A stretch of 64,000 bases of DNA from Thermoflavifilum sp. (GTDB lineage Bacteria; Bacteroidota; Bacteroidia; Chitinophagales; Chitinophagaceae). Both the position numbers and the translations under genes were made by a program. The notes below the pieces were generated by a model. That model was not told the DNA's origin, ran no database searches, and saw nothing but the letters and a program-made list of their open reading frames with translations. The stretch lies in the NCBI RefSeq assembly GCF_014961315.1, contig NZ_CP063141.1, positions 2,591,123-2,655,122 on the forward strand, read 5' to 3'. The stretch's first letter is position 1, and every line of letters starts with the position of its first letter. Below are positions 21,816 through 32,228 of the stretch, piece after piece.

Positions 21816-22700
21816 ATGCAACGTTCTTCTTTTTTTCTGATGGGTTGTCTTGCGGCTCTGTTCCTTGCCGGCTGCGTCTCGCAGAAAAAATATGTGGATG
21901 CCCGCCTGCATGTGGCCAGCCTGTTGCAGGACAGCCTTACACTCACCCGCAACCTGCAGATCTGCAACGATACGGTTGCCGGGCTCCGAAGCCGTAATGC
22001 AGCATTAAACGACCAGCTTAACCGCTACATCCAGGCGGCTGCCACCGAGCTGTCTTCCAAGCAAAAAGAACTGCTTTCTTCACAACAACTCATCGAGGCG
22101 CAGCAACAACGCCTTACCGAACAGGAACGCCAGCTTCGTCACCTGCAGGAAATCCTTCATCAACAACATGCACTGATGGATAGCCTCCGCGGAGCCATCG
22201 CCCGGGCATTGATCGGGTTCAGTCCCGACGAGCTAAGCGTGCAGATGAAAAACGGCAAAGTGTATGTCTCCCTGCAGGAAAAACTCTTATTCAAATCGGG
22301 CAGCGCCGTTGTAGAGCCTAAGGGCGTACAGGCCTTATCCAAACTGGCTCAGGTGCTGAATCAGAACCCCGATCTGGATATTGAAATCGAAGGACATACC
22401 GACTCGATACCGATTCACGGGCGTTATCCTGATAACTGGGCTTTGAGCCTGGCTCGCGCCGCCTCGGTGACCCGCATCCTGATCAACGACTACCATGTGA
22501 GTCCCCTGCATATCACCGCCGCGGGCAGAAGCTGGTACGATCCTGTAGCTTCCAACAGCACACCCGAAGGGCGGGCATTGAATCGACGCACCGATATCAT
22601 CATTACGCCCCGACTCGATGTGCTGTATCGGCTCATCGAGCAAAATGGAGCGTTACCTCCTGAAAACACCGATGCTGCCAACTCATCATCTTCCCCATGA
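21816..22700 (+). CDS. OmpA-family lipoprotein with a coiled-coil linker
   Basis: Lipobox LFLAGC, a Q/L-rich coiled-coil segment, and a C-terminal OmpA_C domain (FKSGSAVV.., GHTDSIPI.., NWALSLARAASVTRIL, GRALNRRTDI). Confidence 0.85.
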   Translation: MQRSSFFLMGCLAALFLAGCVSQKKYVDARLHVASLLQDSLTLTRNLQICNDTVAGLRSRNAALNDQLNRYIQAAATELSSKQKELLSSQQLIEAQQQRLTEQERQLRHLQEILHQQHALMDSLRGAIARALIGFSPDELSVQMKNGKVYVSLQEKLLFKSGSAVVEPKGVQALSKLAQVLNQNPDLDIEIEGHTDSIPIHGRYPDNWALSLARAASVTRILINDYHVSPLHITAAGRSWYDPVASNSTPEGRALNRRTDIIITPRLDVLYRLIEQNGALPPENTDAANSSSSP

Positions 22701-23866
22701 AATGGTTACTGGCCTTCAACAGTTTCAAAAACAGCCTGTCGGCCGTCGATGCTGTTAAAGCCTTTGCCAGAGGTTTGCATAAAGGTGGAGTAAAAGAAGA
22801 TGATATCGTTCTTTTCCCGATCGCCGATGGGGGCGACGATACCGCCCGTTGTCTGCAATTCCATCTGGGCGGCAGGTTGATCCGCGTACCCTGCCACGAT
22901 CCTCTGCAACGGCCTATCAGCGCCTCTTTTCTGTGGATGGCTCATCGCCGCACTGCCGTGGTGGAAATGTCGGCCGCTTCGGGCTTGCGTTTGTTGAAGC
23001 CGGCCGAACGCAATCCCCTCCACACCGATACCTTCGGCACGGGCGAACTTCTCCTGGCCGCTCTTCGACGCCAGCCCGACGAGCTGTTGATCGGGGTGGG
23101 AGGGAGCGCCACCATCGATGGGGGTGCCGGTTTACTCCGGGCCCTGGGGGCTCGTTTGCTCGATCGCCAGGGACGCGAGCTCACCGACTTCCCCTTTCAG
23201 CTCAACCGGCTTCACCGCATCGATGACACCCGGCTGCAGCCTCTCCGCCGTAGCACCCGCTGGAAAGTGCTCTGCGACGTGGATATTCCCCTGTTAGGGA
23301 GCCACGGCACCGTCAGGCGCTACGGCGCCCAGAAAGGAGCCAGTCCCCGCATGATAGGCCCACTGGAAGCGGCTTTAGCACAACTGGCCGAGGTAAGCTT
23401 GCAGCAAACAGGCATTGCCCTGCACCGCCTGCCGCGCGCTGGTGCTGCAGGCGGCGTGGCCGGCACCCTCCATGCCTGGCTGAACGCCGAATTGCTGCCC
23501 GGAGCACAGAGCTTCCTGGAATATACCGACTTCTCGCACGCGCTCAGCTCCGCAGCTATCGTAGTCACCGGCGAAGGCCGGATCGACAACCAGACTTTAG
23601 ACGGCAAAGCACCCCTCATCGTCGCCCGTCAAGCACATGACAGAAAAATACCCGTCATCGCACTTGCCGGCGATATTCCAGCACAAATCTCTCCTGCACT
23701 ACAACAACCTTTCGACGCCCTCTTTTCCATCCTCAACGGCCCGGGCGAGCTAAGCCAGCATATCGCCCTCACCCGTCAACACCTGATGCGCACCGGCTCC
23801 CAGCTGGCCCGCCTTATCCTGCACCTATTCCCCGACCTACCTGGTGAAAAAGATTTGGTGCCTTAG
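22697..23866 (+). CDS. glxK: glycerate kinase
   Basis: 389 aa. FPIADGGDDT, VGGSATIDGGAGLLRALG and VVTGEGRIDNQTLDGKAP signatures. Its ATG overlaps the ompA-like stop (ATGA). Confidence 0.9.
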   Translation: MKWLLAFNSFKNSLSAVDAVKAFARGLHKGGVKEDDIVLFPIADGGDDTARCLQFHLGGRLIRVPCHDPLQRPISASFLWMAHRRTAVVEMSAASGLRLLKPAERNPLHTDTFGTGELLLAALRRQPDELLIGVGGSATIDGGAGLLRALGARLLDRQGRELTDFPFQLNRLHRIDDTRLQPLRRSTRWKVLCDVDIPLLGSHGTVRRYGAQKGASPRMIGPLEAALAQLAEVSLQQTGIALHRLPRAGAAGGVAGTLHAWLNAELLPGAQSFLEYTDFSHALSSAAIVVTGEGRIDNQTLDGKAPLIVARQAHDRKIPVIALAGDIPAQISPALQQPFDALFSILNGPGELSQHIALTRQHLMRTGSQLARLILHLFPDLPGEKDLVP

Positions 23867-23980
23867 TATTCCATTTATCAGCGATATATTGAATCATCAC
23901 CTAAAAGAGTGATAATCCCCGTCATCACCCAGGGTAAGCATATTTGGATAAACCGAAGGGTAACAGTAGTTTTGGAAACT

Positions 23981-24592
23981 ATGATTGCTGTGATCACGGG
24001 TGATATAGTACACTCCAGGGTCTTGCCGGCCGATCGGTGGATGAACCCGCTCAAGACAGCCCTGCAGCGCATGGGGCGAACACCGGGCGACTGGGAAATC
24101 TTTCGGGGTGATAGCTTTCAGGTAAAAATAGCCGAAGCGGCCGAAGCCTTTGAGCAGGCCGTGTATATCAAAGCATGCCTGAAAACATTGAAAAAAATAG
24201 ATGTCCGCATGGCCATCGGCATTGGAGAGATCGATTATGCTGCTGAACGGATTAGTGAAAGCAATGGCAGTGCTTTTTCATTTTCTGGAAGTCGGTATGA
24301 GCGGCTGAAAAAAGATAAGCAGCTGCTGGCCATACAATCGGCCTGGCCGGAATTCGACGAAGAAATGAACCTCTATTTTAAGCTTGGTTTGATTGCCATG
24401 AATGCGTGGACGCCCAAATCGGCCGAAGTGGTGAAGCTGGCACTCGAGCATCCCGATGCCTCTCAGCAAGCATTAGGAGAGAAGCTGCATATCCGGCAAC
24501 ATGCCGTGAGCAAGCGCCTGAAAACCGCTTATTTCCATGAGATCAGGGAGCTGGACCGGTGGTTTCGCAAAAGACTAAAACAGTTTTCTTGA
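23981..24592 (+). CDS. SatD-family protein (function unknown)
   Basis: Start moved to ATG 23981 (MIAVITGDIVHSR), which matches the usual SatD N-terminus. The C-terminal part is HTH-like. Family assignment is from memory. Confidence 0.55.
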   Translation: MIAVITGDIVHSRVLPADRWMNPLKTALQRMGRTPGDWEIFRGDSFQVKIAEAAEAFEQAVYIKACLKTLKKIDVRMAIGIGEIDYAAERISESNGSAFSFSGSRYERLKKDKQLLAIQSAWPEFDEEMNLYFKLGLIAMNAWTPKSAEVVKLALEHPDASQQALGEKLHIRQHAVSKRLKTAYFHEIRELDRWFRKRLKQFS

Positions 24593-25308
24593 TGTTGTTC
24601 GTACGCTTACTGATAGCGCATTGCATGGGCGATTTCTTTTTACAGCCCGGCAGCTGGGTGCAGGCCCGGGAAGAAAAAGGATGGCGCGCTACAGCGCTAT
24701 ATCTTCACCTGGGGACACACATCGTACTGCTGTGGCTATTGAGCGGACAATGGGCTTTTGGTTACTGGGCCCTGGCGCTGGGCGTAGTACACGGCGGTAT
24801 AGATATGGGAAAAACAGCACTCAGGAAACGACTGCCTGCCAGCACCTTATTCCTGCTCGACCAGGCCCTGCACCTGCTCAGCTTATGGATAGCCGCTCGA
24901 TGGTATGCGCATGAGATGGTATTTGTGCCCGGCTGGATAACGCCTGCGGTCACCATCTGGATAGCTGCCTTGCTGCTGCTCACCCTTCCGGCGTCAGTAG
25001 CCATACGTATGAGCATCGCCCGCTGGACACCGCAGATTCGCGACAGGGCATCGCTGCTGCATGCCGGGCAATGGATAGGCATCCTCGAGCGTTTGCTGAT
25101 CTTTGTCTTCATCATGATCGGCCAGTGGCAGGGGGTTGGATTTTTATTCGCCGCAAAATCTATTTTCCGGTTCGGCGATCTGAAAGATACCCACGATAGG
25201 CAGCTCACTGAATACGTGATGTTGGGCACGCTGCTGAGCTTCTTCTGGGCCATAGCCACCGCACTCCTTACCCGGTGGGCCCTGCAATCCTATCAGACTG
25301 GAAATTAA
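24592..25308 (+). CDS. DUF3307-family integral membrane protein
   Basis: MLFVRLLIAHCMGDFFLQ is the DUF3307 hallmark (AHxxGDFxLQ). Has multiple TM segments. ATG 24592 shares one nucleotide with the SatD stop (TGATG). Confidence 0.65.
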   Translation: MLFVRLLIAHCMGDFFLQPGSWVQAREEKGWRATALYLHLGTHIVLLWLLSGQWAFGYWALALGVVHGGIDMGKTALRKRLPASTLFLLDQALHLLSLWIAARWYAHEMVFVPGWITPAVTIWIAALLLLTLPASVAIRMSIARWTPQIRDRASLLHAGQWIGILERLLIFVFIMIGQWQGVGFLFAAKSIFRFGDLKDTHDRQLTEYVMLGTLLSFFWAIATALLTRWALQSYQTGN

Positions 25309-25361
25309 ATTAAACCAGACTCCTCGATTTTCCTGAAATTTACCCCATAAAATCATGAACC

Positions 25362-26243
25362 ATGGCTGACAAGCGCATAGGATTTATAGGAGCCGGAAAC
25401 CTGGCACAGCCGCTGATCACCCATTTGCTGGAAGCAGGATACGAATTGTTTCTGTACAACCGCACCAGCTCGCGTTTATCTCCCTTTGCCGATAAGGCAC
25501 AGATATGCGCCTCGCCGGCCGAGCTGGGTAAACAGGTAAACATCGTTTTTTCACTGGTAGCCGACGATGCCGCCCTACAAAACATTACCGAAGGGCTGCA
25601 AGGCGTGCTTTCGGGTCTACAACCCGGCGGCATACATGTTTCAATGAGCACCGTATCTCCCGCATGCATTGCACGACTGCATCAGGCACATCAACAGAAG
25701 GGCTGTATCCTGTTGTCGGCACCCATCATGGGTCGACCCGAAGCCGCTCGAAATCGAGCGATCCATATCTGCGTGGCCGGCGATGAAACAGCGAAGCAAC
25801 AGGTAGAGCCTATATTCCGGGATATGGGAGCCCGACAAATCTTTGATTATGGAGCCGACCCCACCCATGCCAGCGTGGCGAAACTGGGCATCAACTTTTT
25901 ACTGGCTTCCGCTATCGAAGCCATGGCCGAAGCTTTTCGTCTGGTAGAAAGCAACGGCATATCTACCGAAACCTTTTATCGGATGATCACCAGCACCCTC
26001 TTCAGCTGTCCCGCCTACCAGGGCTACGGTCGGCTGATCCTGGATCAAGGATATGAACCGGCCCAGTTTTCCCTGCGCCTCGGACTCAAGGATATTCGTC
26101 TGGTACAGGAGGCGGCTGCAAGCCAGCAGGTGCCGGTGCCGCTGGCCGAAATCATCGCGCAACATCTCAAACAGGCACTGGAAAAGGGATGGGGAGAAAA
26201 AGACTGGAGTGCATTCACCGCCCTGGTGATGGGTAAAGCCTGA
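25362..26243 (+). CDS. NAD(P)-dependent beta-hydroxyacid dehydrogenase-family oxidoreductase
   Basis: IGFIGAGNLAQPL Rossmann motif and the 6-phosphogluconate-dehydrogenase-like NAD-binding fold pattern (KLGINFLLAS). Confidence 0.85.
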   Translation: MADKRIGFIGAGNLAQPLITHLLEAGYELFLYNRTSSRLSPFADKAQICASPAELGKQVNIVFSLVADDAALQNITEGLQGVLSGLQPGGIHVSMSTVSPACIARLHQAHQQKGCILLSAPIMGRPEAARNRAIHICVAGDETAKQQVEPIFRDMGARQIFDYGADPTHASVAKLGINFLLASAIEAMAEAFRLVESNGISTETFYRMITSTLFSCPAYQGYGRLILDQGYEPAQFSLRLGLKDIRLVQEAAASQQVPVPLAEIIAQHLKQALEKGWGEKDWSAFTALVMGKA

Positions 26244-26253
26244 AGGAAAGCTA

Positions 26254-26286
26254 TATCCCGCAAATCTATGGTACCTTTGCGGGATA
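26254..26286. terminator. perfect 11-bp stem hairpin after the oxidoreductase gene (no clear U-tract)
   Basis: tatcccgcaaa (26254-26264) pairs with tttgcgggata (26276-26286) across an 11-nt loop. It starts 11 bp after the stop at 26243. Confidence 0.35.
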
Positions 26287-26298
26287 AATTGCAGCAGC

Positions 26299-27609
26299 TT
26301 GAAAACGAAATCATTCCGGCCTAACAAAGTGAATATCATTACGCTGGGTTGCGCCAAAAACCTGGTGGATAGTGAGGTGTTGAGTGCGCAGCTCCAGGCC
26401 AACGATATTGCCGTCACACATGAAAGCCGCAAGTCCGATCACGACGTGGTGGTGATCAACACCTGCGGATTTATCGAAAAAGCCAAGGAAGAGTCGATTC
26501 AAACCATCCTCCAGCAAGTCGAAAGAAAGAAAAAAGGTAAGGTGGAAAAGGTGATCGTGACAGGCTGCCTGAGTGCCCGCTATCAACAGGAATTAGAAGC
26601 CGAAATACCCGAAGTGGATGCCTGGTTCGGCTCACAGGCCTTCCGCGAAATCCTGCAGCTCATGCAGGCCGACTATAAAACCGAGCTGGTCGGCGAGCGT
26701 TTGCTATCCACACCTAAACACTATGCCTATCTCAAAATCAGCGAGGGTTGTAACCGCACCTGCGCCTTTTGTGCCATTCCCCTGATGCGCGGCAAGCATG
26801 TGTCGAAGCCCATGGAAGAAATCCTCCAGGAAGCACGCAAGCTGGCCGAAAGGGGAGTGAAAGAACTGCTGCTCATCGCCCAGGAGCTCACCTATTACGG
26901 ACTGGACCTCTACAAAAAACGCAGCCTGCCCGCCCTGCTCGAGCAGCTCGCCACCATACCGGGAATCGAATGGATTCGCCTGCATTATGCTTATCCGGCT
27001 CAATTCCCGATGGATTTATTGCGGGTGATGGAGGCTCATTCCAACATCTGTAAATACCTCGACATGCCCCTGCAGCATATCAACGACCGTATCCTGCAGG
27101 CCATGCATCGCCAGACCGACCGGGCTTATATTGAACGTCTGATCAACAATATCCGCGAAGCAATCCCCGATATCTGCCTGCGTACTACTTTCATCGTGGG
27201 CTTTCCCGGTGAAACGCCCGCCGATGTGGAGGAGCTGATCGCTTTCATGGAAAAAACGCGTTTCGATCGGGTAGGGGTGTTTACCTATTCCCATGAAGAT
27301 CATACGCAGGCGTATCGTTTGCCCGATACCGTAACTCAGGAAGAAAAAGAACGCCGGGCGGAACTCATCATGGAATGCCAGCGGGAAATTTCCTATGAAA
27401 AAAATCTGCAGCGCGTGGGGCAGGTGATGAAAGTAATCGTCGATCGGCGAGAAGCCGGACGTTATGTGGGCAGAACGGAATTCGACTCGCCGGAAGTGGA
27501 TAATGAAGTCATCATCCACACCGATAAACGATTGCGCCCCGGCGATATGATACAGGTGCGCATCAGCGAGGCTTATGATTACGACTTAGCAGGCCAACCG
27601 ATTGATTAA
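26299..27609 (+). CDS. rimO: ribosomal protein S12 methylthiotransferase
   Basis: MTTase N-domain (VNIITLGCAKNLVDSE), radical-SAM CNRTCAFCAIP, and a C-terminal TRAM domain. TTG start per the ORF track. A GTG at about 26329 is an alternative start. Confidence 0.9.
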   Translation: MKTKSFRPNKVNIITLGCAKNLVDSEVLSAQLQANDIAVTHESRKSDHDVVVINTCGFIEKAKEESIQTILQQVERKKKGKVEKVIVTGCLSARYQQELEAEIPEVDAWFGSQAFREILQLMQADYKTELVGERLLSTPKHYAYLKISEGCNRTCAFCAIPLMRGKHVSKPMEEILQEARKLAERGVKELLLIAQELTYYGLDLYKKRSLPALLEQLATIPGIEWIRLHYAYPAQFPMDLLRVMEAHSNICKYLDMPLQHINDRILQAMHRQTDRAYIERLINNIREAIPDICLRTTFIVGFPGETPADVEELIAFMEKTRFDRVGVFTYSHEDHTQAYRLPDTVTQEEKERRAELIMECQREISYEKNLQRVGQVMKVIVDRREAGRYVGRTEFDSPEVDNEVIIHTDKRLRPGDMIQVRISEAYDYDLAGQPID

Positions 27610-27633
27610 TGATTTCAAAAGCAGTATTCGTTC

Positions 27634-29232
27634 ATGGACTGTCAGATACAGCACGTTCCTTACGCAGCAACCGGCTATTTTTCTTCTCTTGTGATTGACT
27701 ATTTACATGAAAAAGAAACGTTGCAACCTTTCTATGCTTATTCTCCCCGGCAACTCGATTTCACACAAATCATCCAGCAACGCAATCAATTTCCTTTTTA
27801 TCGAGCATTACTGGTGGATGAATTATCGAAACAATATGCCATCATCGACCCGCACGATCGAGTGAAAGCAAATATTCAATCGCTGAAAAATCCCCATACA
27901 TTCACCGTTTGCACGGCTCATCAGCCCAACCTGTTCACCGGCTTCCTGTATGTGATTTATAAAATTGTACACGCCATTAAATTATCCGAAACACTGAATA
28001 AACAATATCCCGCATATCATTTTGTGCCGGTCTATTTCATGGGCAGTGAAGACAATGACCTCGACGAACTGGGCAACGTGTTCATCGCCGGGCGACACCT
28101 GCGCTGGGATACCCGACAGCAGGGGGCTGTAGGAAGAATGCATGCCGACGATGCTTTGAAAAATCTCATCGAACAAATCAGCCAGCTGCTGCCGGCAACT
28201 GTGCATACACGTGAGCTGATGGAGCTGTTTCGCAAAGCTTATCTGGAACATGCAAACATTCAGCTGGCAACGTTATACCTGTTGAATGCATTGTTTGGTG
28301 CATACGGGCTGGTGATTTTCATTCCCGACCGTCGGGCATTTAAAGAAGCCATGATTCCGGTTTTCGAAGAAGAACTCTTGCATCAACGTACGCATGCCGT
28401 TGTCCAGCAAACGATACAACAGTTATCCATCCATTATCCTGTGCAGGCGCATCCACGAGAAATCAACCTGTTTTATTTAAATGATCAAATCCGGGAACGC
28501 ATCGTAAAAAATGGATCGCAGTGGAAAGTATTGCATACGGATCTAAGCTGGGATGAAGCCGGATTAAAAAACTGGATAAAGCAATATCCCGAACAGATCA
28601 GTCCGAACGTGATGTTGCGCGGATTGATGCAGGAAAAACTTTTACCGAATATTGCCTTCATTGGCGGTGGCGGGGAGCTGGCTTACTGGCTGGAGTTGAA
28701 AGACCTGTTTAAACATTTTGGGGTGCACTATCCGCTACTGGTGCTGCGTTCTTCGTGGCTATGGATTCCGGAAAAAACTTACCGGACTATGCAGCGCTTG
28801 CATATCGGCTGTGCAGAAGTGTTCCAGCATCCGGATGCGCTTATCAGGCGATATGTGATGCAGGAAGCAGGCTCGGAAATCAGTTTGCAAACACATCGAA
28901 CACAAATCGAACAGATTTATCAACAGATGCTTCATCGGGCAGAAACTATTGATCCCACGCTGGCTGCTTCCGTGCATGCCGCGCGTGTGCGTACCCTGCA
29001 TATGATCGAGAACCTCGAATTGAAAATGCTACGCGCACAGAAAAGAAAAATGCAAATACAAACCTCGCAAATTCAACGCATCCATCAACAATTATTTCCA
29101 CAAAACCAGTTGCAGGAACGGATCGAAAACCTGTCGGACTACTACGCGAGCTACGGGAAAACATTTATCGAAACCCTGCACCATCATCTGGATCCCTTGC
29201 TGCATGCATTTACCGTGGCGGTGTATGCTTGA
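27634..29232 (+). CDS. bshC: bacillithiol biosynthesis cysteine-adding enzyme
   Basis: 532 aa. The overall pattern (N-terminal YL......LQPFY, central MGSEDNDLDE, C-terminal coiled coil) is typical of BshC. Assigned from family knowledge. Confidence 0.8.
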   Translation: MDCQIQHVPYAATGYFSSLVIDYLHEKETLQPFYAYSPRQLDFTQIIQQRNQFPFYRALLVDELSKQYAIIDPHDRVKANIQSLKNPHTFTVCTAHQPNLFTGFLYVIYKIVHAIKLSETLNKQYPAYHFVPVYFMGSEDNDLDELGNVFIAGRHLRWDTRQQGAVGRMHADDALKNLIEQISQLLPATVHTRELMELFRKAYLEHANIQLATLYLLNALFGAYGLVIFIPDRRAFKEAMIPVFEEELLHQRTHAVVQQTIQQLSIHYPVQAHPREINLFYLNDQIRERIVKNGSQWKVLHTDLSWDEAGLKNWIKQYPEQISPNVMLRGLMQEKLLPNIAFIGGGGELAYWLELKDLFKHFGVHYPLLVLRSSWLWIPEKTYRTMQRLHIGCAEVFQHPDALIRRYVMQEAGSEISLQTHRTQIEQIYQQMLHRAETIDPTLAASVHAARVRTLHMIENLELKMLRAQKRKMQIQTSQIQRIHQQLFPQNQLQERIENLSDYYASYGKTFIETLHHHLDPLLHAFTVAVYA

Positions 29233-29323
29233 ATAGCTGAAGGAACAGATATTTTTTTAGCAAATTTCTGGCATTTTTTATCCATTTCGGTAAATATCCC
29301 AACAGGCTGTATAATTTTACCGC

Positions 29324-32161
29324 ATGGATCATTGTTTATATCCCTGCCATAGAAGATTCGCTTACCATCATTGCTGGAAACGATTTGTTGCGTTTTTGAT
29401 AGGAATAGCTTTATGCAACATTTCTTCAACGGCACAGGTTATTCCACAACAAGTGGAGCTCCAACCATTTCATTTACTGTCTTCTGCTGTAGCTGGCGAT
29501 GATGGACACTTGCTTTCAGACCCGGCTTACTTGCCTCAGGATTACTGGTTCCCGGCCGTTGTGCCAGGAACGGTGCTCACCACGCTCGTAAAGCATCATA
29601 TTTACCCGGATCCGCACATAGGCATGAACAATATGCTGATTCCCGATGCCAATGATTCTTTCAACCTCCAGTATGGCTTATCGAAATACAGCTATCTTCC
29701 CCATGTTTCCAATCCCTGGAAAAAGCCCTACTGGTATCGAACCGTGTTTGACGTACCGGCGAGCCGGAAAGGGCAACAGGTACAGCTTATTTTCAAAGGC
29801 ATCAACTACCGGGCGGCTGTCTGGCTGAACGGCCACCAGATTGCCGACACGGCTACCATGGTGGGCATGTTTGCCGAATATGCTTTCGATGTTACCGACC
29901 ATATTCGTTTTGGTGAGAAAAATGCGCTGGCGGTGGAAATATTTCCTTTAGACTATCCGGGCATGCCCTCGCCGCCCCAGCTACACGCGCTGGGCGATTT
30001 TTATCCCAATGGAGGACCCACAGGCGATATCGGAAAAAATGTAACCATGCTGTGTTCGGTGGGGTGGGACTGGATACCGGAGGTGCATGACCGCAATATG
30101 GGCATCTGGCAGCCGGTTTATCTGCGGTTTACCGGCCCGATGGTCATTCAACAGCCGCAGGTCATCACCACGCTACCCGACCTGCCCGATACCTCCACGG
30201 CTCATATTGCCCTACACCTCACCCTCCACAACTTGCAGTCGCGCCCGGTAGCAGGTAAGCTGATTGCCACTTTCAGTGGAGAAGGATTTGAAAGTACACC
30301 CATCACCCTCACGCAGGCCGTTCACCTGCGTCCGCAAGCCCAGACATCCATTACACTGGATGCCACACATGACAAGCAGCTGATCTGGAAACATCCCCGG
30401 CTGTGGTGGCCCAATGGATATGGAATGCCCAACCTGTACCGCCTCAGGCTGCGCTTGCTTACAGCCGATGGGCAGGTTTCAGATGATACCTCGTTTTTAT
30501 TTGGCGTACGCGCGGTGAGCTCACGGGTTACGCTGGTCGATGGCTGGCCGCGCAGAGATTTTTATGTAAACGGACAACGCATCGCCATCACGGGCGGGGC
30601 CTGGGTACCCGATATGATGTTGCAGGAAGACTCGCTGCGGTTCGATCGTTCGCTTCGTCTGTGCCGCGATGCCCATCTGAACCTGATCCGTATCTGGGGT
30701 GGGGGTGTGGCGCCACCGGATGTGTTTTTCGATATTGCCGATCGCTATGGCTTGCTGGTATGGCAGGACTTCTGGATCACCGGCGATACACAGGGTGAAT
30801 TTAAGGGATCGCCCGACTGGCCTCTGCAGGGCGATGTGTTCATCCGAAATGTAATCAGCACCATCCTGCGCCTGCGTAATCATCCCAGCCTGCTGGTGTG
30901 GACTGGCGGCAATGAAGGCCATGCCCGAAAAGACCTCTATGATGCCATGCGCAATGCCGTAGCCCAACTCGACGGCACCCGCCCTTTCATTCCCAGCTCA
31001 TCCGGCTTTGCCAGGCTGCCCGCCGGCTGGCCTGCATCCTGGCCCGACAATCAGCCGGCGGGTGTGTATAGCGGTGGACCGTACACCTGGCAGAAGCCGG
31101 CACATTATTTTGAACTGGCCGATCGGGGGCGCGACTGGGTGTTTAAAGACGAAACTGGCATCCCTTCCCAGCCGCCGTATGCCATCCTGCCGAAAATCAT
31201 TCCCGACCTGGTGCCCGATACAGCCTTGCCCTTCCCGCTCAATAACACCTGGGGCTACCACGATGCCTGCACGGGCAACGGTCATTATGAATTATATTAC
31301 CAGCAAATGGTAGCACGCTATGGGGCGCCTACCAGCATCCGCGATTTCAGTCGCAAGATGCAGCTCATGAATGCCGAAGCCTATCGGGCCATCTTTGAAT
31401 CGGTAGGCCATCGGCTGAACGACCGGGGTGGCGTCATGCTGTGGAAGCTTAATGCCGCCTTTCCGAGTGTCATCTGGCAGATCTTCGACTGGTATCTGGA
31501 ACCCAATGCAGGATATTATTTCATCCAATCGGCCTGTGCTCCTTTGCATATTCAGTTTAACACCGACGATTCCACCCTCACCCTCATCAATCGTACGTAT
31601 CATCGCCAAACCGTGCGAGCCAGCATCATGTGGCTGGACAGCACCGGGCATCCCCTGCTCGCGCTCCATTCGCCCGTATTGCATCTTTCCCCTTCATCCG
31701 TGACGCCGATCACCGAGTTTCGTTCCCGCCTGGCCGGCTATCGAGGCATCTCGTTTCTCCATTTGAAGCTGATGGATGCCGAAGGGACAACCATAGATGC
31801 AAACACCTACTGGCTGAGTTCCGACGATCATTTTCATGGATTTTCTTCCCTACATCCCACCACATTGCAATGCCGGTTGGTGGGTCATGAACAGCGCCAG
31901 GGAAGGGTATTCTGGAAATTTAAACTGGAAAACACGGGCGCTTCCTTAGCCTTTTTCATCCACCTGCGGCTCATCGACACGCGCAATGGGAATGATATTT
32001 TACCCACCTACTGGACGGCCAACGACTGCTCGCTGGCCCCCGGTGAAAGTCGCATGCTGAGCGTAAGCACCGACCGGCTTGCCCTGCAGGATGTACCATC
32101 CCTGCAGCTACGTGTGGAAGCCTGGAACAGTGCACCCCAACAGATTCCTGTTCTCCGATAA
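29324..32161 (+). CDS. glycoside hydrolase family 2 (beta-mannosidase / exo-beta-glucosaminidase-like)
   Basis: 945 aa with a signal-like N-terminus, a GH2 sugar-binding-domain pattern (YWYRTVF..INYRAAVWLNG), a TIM-barrel region (NLIRIWGGG, WQDFW, GGNEG) and C-terminal Ig-like domains. Confidence 0.8.
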   Translation: MDHCLYPCHRRFAYHHCWKRFVAFLIGIALCNISSTAQVIPQQVELQPFHLLSSAVAGDDGHLLSDPAYLPQDYWFPAVVPGTVLTTLVKHHIYPDPHIGMNNMLIPDANDSFNLQYGLSKYSYLPHVSNPWKKPYWYRTVFDVPASRKGQQVQLIFKGINYRAAVWLNGHQIADTATMVGMFAEYAFDVTDHIRFGEKNALAVEIFPLDYPGMPSPPQLHALGDFYPNGGPTGDIGKNVTMLCSVGWDWIPEVHDRNMGIWQPVYLRFTGPMVIQQPQVITTLPDLPDTSTAHIALHLTLHNLQSRPVAGKLIATFSGEGFESTPITLTQAVHLRPQAQTSITLDATHDKQLIWKHPRLWWPNGYGMPNLYRLRLRLLTADGQVSDDTSFLFGVRAVSSRVTLVDGWPRRDFYVNGQRIAITGGAWVPDMMLQEDSLRFDRSLRLCRDAHLNLIRIWGGGVAPPDVFFDIADRYGLLVWQDFWITGDTQGEFKGSPDWPLQGDVFIRNVISTILRLRNHPSLLVWTGGNEGHARKDLYDAMRNAVAQLDGTRPFIPSSSGFARLPAGWPASWPDNQPAGVYSGGPYTWQKPAHYFELADRGRDWVFKDETGIPSQPPYAILPKIIPDLVPDTALPFPLNNTWGYHDACTGNGHYELYYQQMVARYGAPTSIRDFSRKMQLMNAEAYRAIFESVGHRLNDRGGVMLWKLNAAFPSVIWQIFDWYLEPNAGYYFIQSACAPLHIQFNTDDSTLTLINRTYHRQTVRASIMWLDSTGHPLLALHSPVLHLSPSSVTPITEFRSRLAGYRGISFLHLKLMDAEGTTIDANTYWLSSDDHFHGFSSLHPTTLQCRLVGHEQRQGRVFWKFKLENTGASLAFFIHLRLIDTRNGNDILPTYWTANDCSLAPGESRMLSVSTDRLALQDVPSLQLRVEAWNSAPQQIPVLR

Positions 32162-32228
32162 ATCGTAAAAATGGGTGGAATGGCATGGTACGCACATACC
32201 CTGCGTAGCTCGGGCATAAGTTTGCCTG

